In this document: positions 22,851-30,141 of the stretch, one piece after another | Numbering within the stretch: the stretch's first letter is position 1 | How the letters are laid out: each line of letters starts with the position of its first letter | Assembly (NCBI GenBank): GCA_963697795.1 | Contig: OY969097.1 | Location: 3,138,972-3,202,971 of the forward strand | Length of the DNA: 64,000 nucleotides | Direction of reading: 5' to 3' | Origin: an uncultured Solirubrobacteraceae bacterium | Lineage (GTDB): Bacteria > Actinomycetota > Thermoleophilia > Solirubrobacterales > Solirubrobacteraceae | Translations under genes and position numbers: made by a program | Notes under the pieces: model-generated | Databases searched by the model: none | What the model was told of the DNA's origin: nothing | The model's input: the letters and a program-made list of their open reading frames with translations, nothing else

Positions 22851-25800
22851 TGCTCGCGGGACTGTCAGCGGGTAGTGAGGGTGGCGTGAGGTGTGGTGTT
22901 GGTGGTGTGGTTGTGTGGCGTGTTGTGGTGTTGGTGGTGTGTGTGGTGGTGTTGGGGTTGTGTGTGGGGGTTGGTGTTGGTTGGGGTGCGGGTGGTTCGG
23001 TGGGTTGGTGGCGGTTGGGTGTTGGTGCGAGGCCGGTGGTGTTGGGTGTTGGTAGTGAAGGTGAGGTTGTGGGGTTTGCTGAGAATGTTGGGTATGGTCC
23101 GGTTGATGGTGGGATTGTGCCGGTGAGGGTTGGGATGGTGTTGCCGGCTGGGTTGAGGGCGGTTGGCGTGGCTGGTGCGGTCCCGTTTGCGAATACTCAG
23201 ACGGTGGTGCCGGGTTGTAAAGTGCTGGCGGGTGGTGGGGAAGTGTTGTGTGAATTTGAAGGTGGGTTGCCTGCTTTTGACGGGATCGAAGTGCGGGTGA
23301 AGGTGGATGTTGAAAGTGTGGTGTCGGGGAAGGTTGGGTTGGTGGTGTCGGGTGGGGAAGTGTCGGGAGCGGAAGTGCAGCGCGGAGTGAGGGTGGGGTC
23401 TGAAGAACCGGCGTTTGGGGTTGAAGAATTCGGGTTGGCGTTGGAAGAAGCTGGTGGCGGCCCGGTGTCGCAGGCGGGCGCGCATCCGTTTCAGATGACG
23501 GCGTCGGTTGCGGTGAATTCGGGGCCTGATCCGGGTTCGCTTGCGGAAAAGCCCGGGCAGCAGCCGGTGGTGTTGCCGAAGGATATTGTGACGGGGTTGC
23601 CGGCGGGTTTGGTGGGTGACCCGAACGGGGTGCCGACGTGCAGTCTCGCTGATTTTTTGCGGATCGTGAATAATGTGGATTTGTGTACGGCCGCGACGCA
23701 GGTTGGGGTTGTGTCCACGACCGCGAATGTGAAGAGCGCGATCGGGTCCGCGACGTTCGTGTTGCCGTTGTTCAATCTCGAACGTGGTCCGGGGGAGCCG
23801 GCACGGTTCGGGTTCATGATCCCTGAAGACAAACTGCCGGTCGTGCTTGACCCGCAGTTGCGTGATGAAAAGGGCGGGGATTATGGGATCGATGTGCACG
23901 CGAGCGATTTGTCCCAGACGGGTGGTGTGACGTCCGCGAGGGTGACGGTGTGGGGTGCTCCGGGTGATCCGCGTCATGATGCGGAGCGTGGCTGGTCTTG
24001 TATTTATGTGTTGAACGGTACGCCGCCGCCGAGCCCGTGCGAGATCCCCGAAGGCGAAAGCAATACGGCGTTCTTGCGGTTGCCGACGCAGTGCGAAACG
24101 CTGCCGGAATTCACGTTGCGGGCGGACTCGTGGGATAAACCGGGCGAGTTTCTGTCGTTCACGCCTGATGAACCGTTGCCGTTGTTCACGGGTTGTAACC
24201 GGTTGCAGTTCGCGCCGAGCGTGAGCGTGCTGCCGTCGACGAGCACGGCCGGGGCCGCGTCGGGTTTGGATGTGACCGTGGAAGACCACAACGAAGGGTT
24301 GACGGCCGGGGAAGGCCGCTCGCAGTCGGATGTGAAGGACACCACGATCACGCTGCCGGAAGGCATGACGGTCAACCCGTCCGCGGGCAACGGGCTGGGC
24401 GCATGCTCCCAGGAACAGTTCGAAGACGAAACGCTTGAGCGTCAGGAATGTCCGGCTGACTCGCAGATCGGGGAACTGGAAGTAGAAACCCCGCTTTTGA
24501 ACAAGGTGTTGCACGGGGCGGTGTATGTCGCTGAACCGTATGGCAACCAGTTCCACTCGTTGCTCGCGATGTTCTTCGTGGTCAAGGACCCCGAAACCGG
24601 GGTACTGGTCCGGATCCCCGGAGAAGTCCAGGCCAACGAAACGACAGGGCAGCTGACAAGCACGATCAAGGACCTGCCCCAGCTGCCGTTCTCACGCGTC
24701 AGCGTGCACCTGCGCGAAGGACCCCTGGCACCGTTGATCACCCCGCCCGGATGCACCAGCGAAGCGCAGACCACCGGTGCGCTGATCCCGTGGGCCAACC
24801 CGCAGAGCAGCACCCCGGTATCCACGAGCTTCCAGATCAACAACTGCCCCGGCAGCCCGTTCACCCCCGGCCTGACCGCGGGGACCGAGAGCAACAGCGC
24901 GGGCTCGTTCAGCCCGCTCGTCCTGCGCCTGACGCGGAGTGACCGCGAAAACGAAATCTCGACGATCACGACCAGCCTGCCCGGCGGGCTCAGCGCCGAT
25001 CTGAACGGTGTGCAGTTCTGCAGCCAGGCACAGATCGAAAACGCGCGGGCCGTCAGCGGCCTTCAAGAGAAAAACATGCCCTCCTGCCCGGCGGGCAGCC
25101 AACTCGGAGAAACGCTCGTCGGCAGCGGTGTCGGTGCCAGCCTGACCTACGTGCCCGGGAAAATCTATTTCGCAGGCCCCTACCGTGGCGCACCATTCTC
25201 GCTGGTCAGCATCACCCCCGCAGTCGTCGGCCCGTTCGACCTCGGAGATGTCGTGCTCAGATTCGCTTTGCAGATCAACCCCGAAACCTCCGCGGCGACA
25301 GTCGAACCGACCCCCGGAGAACCATTGCCCCGGATCATCAAGGGCATCGTCACGCACGCCCGCGATATCCGCGTGATGATCACCCGGGCCGGGTTCACGC
25401 TGAACCCAACCAACTGCAACCCCACCCAGATCACCACCACGATCACAAGCACCCAAAACCAGACCAGCACCCCCACGGCCCGCTACCAGGCAGCCAACTG
25501 TCCAGGCCTGAAATTCGCGACCAAACTCACCGCCAGCACCCAAGGCCAAACCTCCCGCGCCAACGGCGCAAGCCTGACCGTGCACGTCAGCCAACCCAGC
25601 CTCCCCCTCGGCACCTTCACAAACCTCAAATCCGTAAAGACCGAAATCCCCAGAAGCCTCCCCGCACGCCTTGAAACCCTCAAAAAATCCTGCCCAGCCC
25701 CCACCTTCAACACCAACCCCGCCGGCTGCCCCAGCACAGCCATCGTCGGCCACGTAACCGCGAACAGCCCACTCGTCCCCGAACCCCTCCAAGGCCCCGC

Positions 25801-26146
25801 CTACCTCGTAAGCCACGCCGGCGAAGAACTCCCCAACGTCATCTTCGTCCTGCAAGGCTACGGCATCACCATCCACGCCACCAGCACCACCCACATCCAC
25901 AACGGCATCACCACCAGCACCTTCAACACCCTCCCCGACCAACCCCTCACCAACCTCACCGCAACCTTCCCCGAGCAACGCTACAGCCTCCTCGGCACCA
26001 TCTACAACCTCTGCACCCTCCCCAAAACCCAACTCACCATGCCCACCACCCTCACCGCCCAAAACGGCACCCAAACCCACCAAAACACCACCATCACCCC
26101 CACCAACTGCCCCAAACACCACACCAAAACCAAACACAAACACTAA
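22850..26146 (+). CDS. large membrane-anchored protein of unknown function with T/P/N/H/K-rich C-terminus (cassette protein C)
   Basis: 1098 codons. The start ATG overlaps the B stop (TGATG). N-terminal TM helix VVVWRVVVLVVCVVVLGLCVGVGVGW. Many conserved Cys. The tail is ...TITPTNCPKHHTKTKHKH. Nucleotide composition flips from G+T-rich to C+A-rich inside this ORF. Confidence 0.75.
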   Translation: MLAGLSAGSEGGVRCGVGGVVVWRVVVLVVCVVVLGLCVGVGVGWGAGGSVGWWRLGVGARPVVLGVGSEGEVVGFAENVGYGPVDGGIVPVRVGMVLPAGLRAVGVAGAVPFANTQTVVPGCKVLAGGGEVLCEFEGGLPAFDGIEVRVKVDVESVVSGKVGLVVSGGEVSGAEVQRGVRVGSEEPAFGVEEFGLALEEAGGGPVSQAGAHPFQMTASVAVNSGPDPGSLAEKPGQQPVVLPKDIVTGLPAGLVGDPNGVPTCSLADFLRIVNNVDLCTAATQVGVVSTTANVKSAIGSATFVLPLFNLERGPGEPARFGFMIPEDKLPVVLDPQLRDEKGGDYGIDVHASDLSQTGGVTSARVTVWGAPGDPRHDAERGWSCIYVLNGTPPPSPCEIPEGESNTAFLRLPTQCETLPEFTLRADSWDKPGEFLSFTPDEPLPLFTGCNRLQFAPSVSVLPSTSTAGAASGLDVTVEDHNEGLTAGEGRSQSDVKDTTITLPEGMTVNPSAGNGLGACSQEQFEDETLERQECPADSQIGELEVETPLLNKVLHGAVYVAEPYGNQFHSLLAMFFVVKDPETGVLVRIPGEVQANETTGQLTSTIKDLPQLPFSRVSVHLREGPLAPLITPPGCTSEAQTTGALIPWANPQSSTPVSTSFQINNCPGSPFTPGLTAGTESNSAGSFSPLVLRLTRSDRENEISTITTSLPGGLSADLNGVQFCSQAQIENARAVSGLQEKNMPSCPAGSQLGETLVGSGVGASLTYVPGKIYFAGPYRGAPFSLVSITPAVVGPFDLGDVVLRFALQINPETSAATVEPTPGEPLPRIIKGIVTHARDIRVMITRAGFTLNPTNCNPTQITTTITSTQNQTSTPTARYQAANCPGLKFATKLTASTQGQTSRANGASLTVHVSQPSLPLGTFTNLKSVKTEIPRSLPARLETLKKSCPAPTFNTNPAGCPSTAIVGHVTANSPLVPEPLQGPAYLVSHAGEELPNVIFVLQGYGITIHATSTTHIHNGITTSTFNTLPDQPLTNLTATFPEQRYSLLGTIYNLCTLPKTQLTMPTTLTAQNGTQTHQNTTITPTNCPKHHTKTKHKH

Positions 26147-26544
26147 AACCACCCAACCACACCCCCACCAGCAACCCGCCAACCACACCTCCACCAGCAA
26201 CCCGCCACCCCCCCGCCAACCCACCCCTCACAAAGCACAGCACCGCGCCGAGTCGCGAGGTCCTGTGGGCGTCCGGTAACGAACACGGCAGCCCAGTATC
26301 TACCCCGTCCTGGTGGTTGTGGTGGTCGTTCCGGAAGTGGGGGAACGATGCTCGCGAACCCGTGTAATCAAAAACACGGCCTGTGGTGGGAGACAAACCC
26401 GTCAAACGCTTGACCGGCCCGCAGCACCTCGGGCACACTGACAGGGTCCTAAACACTCCTCCCCGTCTTGACCAAGCAACACCAACAACCGGTCAAGCAC
26501 ACAACCAGGGAGGAGGAAAACCAAAGCAAGGGAGCAAGGACCCA

Positions 26545-27258
26545 ATGAAACACATCAAAACGCTCGGCCTCGCCCTGCTCGCACTCTTCGCGATCAGCGC
26601 GATCACCGCAGCAGCGGCGAGCGCAATCACAAACGCAGAATTCTTACCCGCACCAACAGTCAGCAGCCCACTCAACGCGAGCGTCACCGGCGGCAAAGGC
26701 AAGCTCGTCACCGTCGGCGGCAAGGTGGTCAGCTGCGAAGGCTTCAAAGGCAGTGGGAAATTCACGAGTGCGACGTTAGGGGAAGGCTCGATCGAATTCA
26801 CGACGTGCTCGAGTGAAGGCTCGAAATGCACGACCGGCTCAGACGCCAAAGGCACGATCTTAGCGCCCACAGTCGACCTGTTAGCCGTCTCGGTATCGGA
26901 AGCATCCAAACTATTACTTGGACTTCTAATCACTCCGACCGCGAATGTGACTTTCACATGCGGCGTCCTGAAATTCGAAGTCAAGGGCTCAATCGTCGCT
27001 GAAGCCGGGCAACTAAGAGAATCATCCCTGACCGAAACACTGAAAACAGTACCGATGCCCGCCGAAGGCACCAAAGAATTAATCTTAGCCGTACTACTGA
27101 CCCTCGTGCTCAACGAGACGAATGGCAAACCGACATTCGGTCCTGACCACCTCGAAACAACCGACAACGGGACCACGTTCGAAGAATCCGGGATCAAGTC
27201 CGAAGAAACGATCACGGTGACCTTCAGCAACCCCGAAAAGGTCCACATCGACTACTAG
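26545..27258 (+). CDS. small secreted 4-Cys protein, tandem paralog D1
   Basis: 237 aa. Signal peptide MKHIKTLGLALLALFAISAITAAAASA. The mature part begins ITNAEFLPAPTVSSPL and ends SNPEKVHIDY. The true start is inside ORF 26383..27258. I counted 7 TTA and 4 CTA among 28 Leu codons. Confidence 0.8.
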   Translation: MKHIKTLGLALLALFAISAITAAAASAITNAEFLPAPTVSSPLNASVTGGKGKLVTVGGKVVSCEGFKGSGKFTSATLGEGSIEFTTCSSEGSKCTTGSDAKGTILAPTVDLLAVSVSEASKLLLGLLITPTANVTFTCGVLKFEVKGSIVAEAGQLRESSLTETLKTVPMPAEGTKELILAVLLTLVLNETNGKPTFGPDHLETTDNGTTFEESGIKSEETITVTFSNPEKVHIDY

Positions 27259-27286
27259 CCACACCGCAACACAACACAAGCAGAAA

Positions 27287-27315
27287 GGTGGGGCCGCCTC
27301 CAAGGCGGCCCCACC
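27287..27315 (+). terminator. GC-rich intergenic stem-loop after D1
   Basis: GGTGGGGCCGCC-TCCAA-GGCGGCCCCACC, a perfect 12-bp stem with no U-tract. The same element follows D2 and both D1/D2 homologs in copy 2. Confidence 0.4.
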
Positions 27316-27475
27316 ACACTCCACACCAAAAAGAGAACAGCCAGACCTTAGAGAACCTCACACCACGCACACGACACAAACCAGACACAAAACGCAGGGC
27401 ATGTGGGGACCAACAACACAGCGGGCATCGACCCGTCCGTGCCCAACAACAACAGTCCACACAGAGGAGCCCACA

Positions 27476-28189
27476 ATGAACCACGCAAAGGCAACACTCC
27501 TCGCCCTGCTCGCACTCACCGCGACCAGCGCGATCACCGCAACAACAGCAAACGCGGTCACAAACGCAGAATTCTTACCCTCACCAACAGTCAGCAGCCC
27601 ACTCAACGCGAGCATCACCGGCGGCAATCTCAAACTAGTCACTGTCGGCGGCAAGGAAGTCAGATGCACAGGCTTCAAAGGTAGCGGTAGCTTTACGAGT
27701 GCGACGTTAGGGACGGGCTCGATTGAATTCACGACGTGCACGAGTGAAGGCTCGAAATGCACGACCGGCGCAGACGCCAAAGGCACGATCTTAGCGCCCA
27801 CGGTCGACCTGTTAGCCGTCTCGGTATCGGAAGCATCCAAACTATTACTTGGACTTCTAATCACTCCGACCGCGAACGTGACTTTCACATGCGGCGTCCT
27901 GAAATTCGAAATCAAGGGCTCTGTCGTCGCTGAAGCCGGGCAACTAAGAGAATCATCCCTGACCGAAACACTCAAAACAGTACCGAGGCCCGCCGAAGGC
28001 ACCAAAGAATTAATCTTAGCCGTACTACTGACCCTCGTGCTCAACGAGTCAGGTGGCAAACCGACATTCGGTCCTGACCACCTCGAAATAACCGACAACG
28101 GCACCACCTTCGAAGAATCCGGGCTCAAGTCCGAAGAAACAATCACGGTGACCTTCAGCAACCCCGAAAAGGTCCACATCGACTACTAG
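27476..28189 (+). CDS. small secreted 4-Cys protein, tandem paralog D2
   Basis: 237 aa. GAGGAG lies 7 nt upstream of the ATG. Starts MNHAKATLLALLALTATSAITATTANA, then VTNAEFLPSPTVSSPL. I counted 7 TTA and 5 CTA codons. Confidence 0.8.
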   Translation: MNHAKATLLALLALTATSAITATTANAVTNAEFLPSPTVSSPLNASITGGNLKLVTVGGKEVRCTGFKGSGSFTSATLGTGSIEFTTCTSEGSKCTTGADAKGTILAPTVDLLAVSVSEASKLLLGLLITPTANVTFTCGVLKFEIKGSVVAEAGQLRESSLTETLKTVPRPAEGTKELILAVLLTLVLNESGGKPTFGPDHLEITDNGTTFEESGLKSEETITVTFSNPEKVHIDY

Positions 28190-28212
28190 CCACGCAACAC
28201 AACACGCAGACA

Positions 28213-28242
28213 GGTGGGGCCGCCTCCAGAGGCGGCCCCACC
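28213..28242 (+). terminator. GC-rich intergenic stem-loop after D2
   Basis: GGTGGGGCCGCC-TCCAGA-GGCGGCCCCACC, 12-bp stem. Confidence 0.4.
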
Positions 28243-28404
28243 ACGCTCCAGACCAACGGGAGGACGGCCAGACGTTTAGAGAACGTCGGCCACGAACACG
28301 ACACAAACCAGACACAAAGCGCAGGGCATGTGGGGACCAACAGCACAGCGGGCAGAGCCCCGCCGGTGCCTAAACTACAAAAGTTCCACACCGAGGAGCC
28401 GACA

Positions 28405-29118
28405 ATGAACCACACAAAGGCGACACTTCTTGCCCTGCTCGCACTCACCGCGACCAGCGCGATCACCGCAGCAACAGCAAACGCGGTCACAAACGCAGAA
28501 CTGTTACCCGCACCAACAACCAGCAGCCCACTCACCGCGAGCGTCACCGGCGGCAAAGGCAAACTCGTCACCGTCGGCGGCAAGGAAGTCAGCTGCACCG
28601 GCTTCGCGGGTAAAGGGAAATTCACGAGTGCGACGTTAGGGACGGGCTCGATCGAATTCACGACATGCTCGAGTGAAGGCTCGAAATGCACGACCGGCTC
28701 AGACGCCAAAGGCACGATCTTAGCACCCACCGGCGACCTGTTAGCCGTCTCGGTATCGGAAGCATCCAAACTATTACTCGGACTGCTAATAACCCCCACC
28801 GCCAACGTGACCTTCACATGCGGCGTCCTGAAATTCGAAGCCAAGGGGTCCCTCATTATTGAAGCGAGTGAACTAAGAGAATCATCCCTGACCGAAACAC
28901 TCAAAACAGTACCGATGCCCGCCGAAGGCACCAAAGAATTAATCTTAGCCGTACTAATAACCGGTACGCTCAACGAGACGGGAGGAAAACCGACCTTCGG
29001 TCCCGACCACCTCGAAATCTCCGACAACGGCACCACATTCGAAGAAGCCGGCGCCAAGTCCGAAGAAACGATCACCGCAACCTTCAGCAACCCCGAAAAG
29101 ATACACATCGACTACTAG
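28405..29118 (+). CDS. small secreted 4-Cys protein, tandem paralog D3
   Basis: 237 aa. MNHTKATLLALLALTATSAITAATANA, then VTNAELLPAPTTSSPL, ending SNPEKIHIDY. Most similar to 45937..46650. Confidence 0.8.
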   Translation: MNHTKATLLALLALTATSAITAATANAVTNAELLPAPTTSSPLTASVTGGKGKLVTVGGKEVSCTGFAGKGKFTSATLGTGSIEFTTCSSEGSKCTTGSDAKGTILAPTGDLLAVSVSEASKLLLGLLITPTANVTFTCGVLKFEAKGSLIIEASELRESSLTETLKTVPMPAEGTKELILAVLITGTLNETGGKPTFGPDHLEISDNGTTFEEAGAKSEETITATFSNPEKIHIDY

Positions 29119-29147
29119 CCGACCACAGACGAGGAGGTCGATGACCA

Positions 29148-29182
29148 CTGCTGGGGCCGCGCCAAGTCTGCGGCCCCAGCAG
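29148..29182 (+). terminator. stem-loop at the right end of cassette copy 1
   Basis: CTGCTGGGGCCGC-GCCAAGTCT-GCGGCCCCAGCAG, 13-bp stem. Confidence 0.4.
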
Positions 29183-29461
29183 GTCAAGAATCGTGCGGGA
29201 AGGCGCAGCATGTGATAGGGCACGACGACCAGGAGAGGCGGGAGTCGGACTGTCCCGTCGTGGTGGAGGGAGAAGAATGAGGGTGGAGTGGACCGGGTCG
29301 TCCGGAGTGTGCCTAGGATTCCTGTGCTGCGGTCATCAACGCCGCGCTTTTCGGCGACTCGGGCGACGTAATCCCGCCCGCGCGGCACGGGTTCTGCGGG
29401 GGGGTCGAGTGGTTAGAGACAAGGCTGAACGGCGTGGGGTCAGGTGCGTAGTCTGCACGAG

Positions 29462-29974
29462 ATGAGAGGCGCCTGGATCATGCTTGTATTCGCGTGCGGC
29501 CTCCTTGCCGGCGGCTGCAGCGAAGGGGCCGGCCCGCCGTCCGGTCCGCAGATCACAAGCCCCCCCACGACTGCGACCTCGACGTTGCAGCCGACGACCA
29601 CGACGGAGGGTCGGTCTTCGACGGTGGTCGCTACTTCCGACGCCGGCTTCAGGACCGCCGCAGGTCTCGCATGCCGGACGGCGTCTCGTCGGCTTGGCAT
29701 GATCATCGTGGCCCGCATTTCCGCGGCCCCAAGGGCGCGGAAGTCCGAACTGCGTAGCCGTGGGCGCGCCGCGGTTCTCTCGCTCTCGAGGTTGAGCCCG
29801 CCGCCAAATATGAGCGTGACGTGGCGGCAGATAGCGACGGACTGGGTCGAAGCCTCCTTATGGCTCATCGAGTCTGGAAGCGCGCGTCCCAGCGCTCCGT
29901 CGAAGGCTTTCTCGGATCGGCTGCAGAGTCTCGCCGCGTCCGCCGGCTTGCCGTCCTGCGCTCACGCCGAATAG
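29462..29974 (+). CDS. putative lipoprotein
   Basis: MRGAWIMLVFACGLLAGGCSEG (lipobox-like LAGGC), followed by a T/P-rich linker. No recognisable domain. Confidence 0.45.
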   Translation: MRGAWIMLVFACGLLAGGCSEGAGPPSGPQITSPPTTATSTLQPTTTTEGRSSTVVATSDAGFRTAAGLACRTASRRLGMIIVARISAAPRARKSELRSRGRAAVLSLSRLSPPPNMSVTWRQIATDWVEASLWLIESGSARPSAPSKAFSDRLQSLAASAGLPSCAHAE

Positions 29975-30141
29975 GTTTCCGGCGTCGCTGTCCGCCGCGA
30001 CGCTTGTCCCCGCGAGGCCTCTGCTCGCTGTAGAATCGGAGGATCAAGGCTCGTCGTCGGCGCTGTCTGGGACAGCGAGGGGCAGGGGATACGGCTCTCC
30101 GTCGATGGGTTTTCGTAGACCCCTACCAGGAGCGCGCCAAC

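Larger units (their letters stand above)
17814..29182. repeat. segmental repeat, copy 1 of a six-gene cassette (A-, B+, C+, D1-D3+)
   Basis: Collinear with 33969..46712. The B/C core is nearly identical and the C translations are identical apart from one 15-bp repeat unit. A (roughly three-quarters protein identity by eye) and the D genes (clearly higher) are more diverged. Offset is about 16.1 kb. Confidence 0.95.

Noticed and set aside
19089-26146. A diversity-generating retroelement or other targeted hypermutation system as the cause of the odd composition
   Set aside because: There is no reverse transcriptase and no template/variable repeat pair. The bias is C/G-directed, spans >10 kb and switches strand. 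DGRs are adenine-specific and local.
22865-26224. Very long antisense ORFs (563 aa at 22865..24556, 510 aa at 24692..26224; equivalents at 38980..40671 and 40807..43029) and many 60-120-aa ORFs in other frames of the cassette
   Set aside because: Their translations are low-complexity (R/H/P/T/Q-rich or G/A/V/D-rich). They lie opposite or out of frame to ORFs with real repeat and domain motifs. Stop codons are simply rare where A (left arm) or T (right arm) is depleted, so long chance ORFs are expected.
27287-28242. Regularly spaced identical GC-rich hairpins (27287, 28213, 44812, 45745) as a possible CRISPR or REP array
   Set aside because: The spacing equals one D gene (about 930 bp). The sequences between them are coding paralogs, not spacers. 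No cas genes are present. They fit intergenic terminator or mRNA-stabilising stem-loops.
17814-29182. Simple horizontal transfer from a low-GC donor as the explanation of the composition
   Set aside because: A foreign base composition would lower GC uniformly. It does not explain opposite G+T versus C+A enrichment on the two arms, or a polarity flip inside one ORF.
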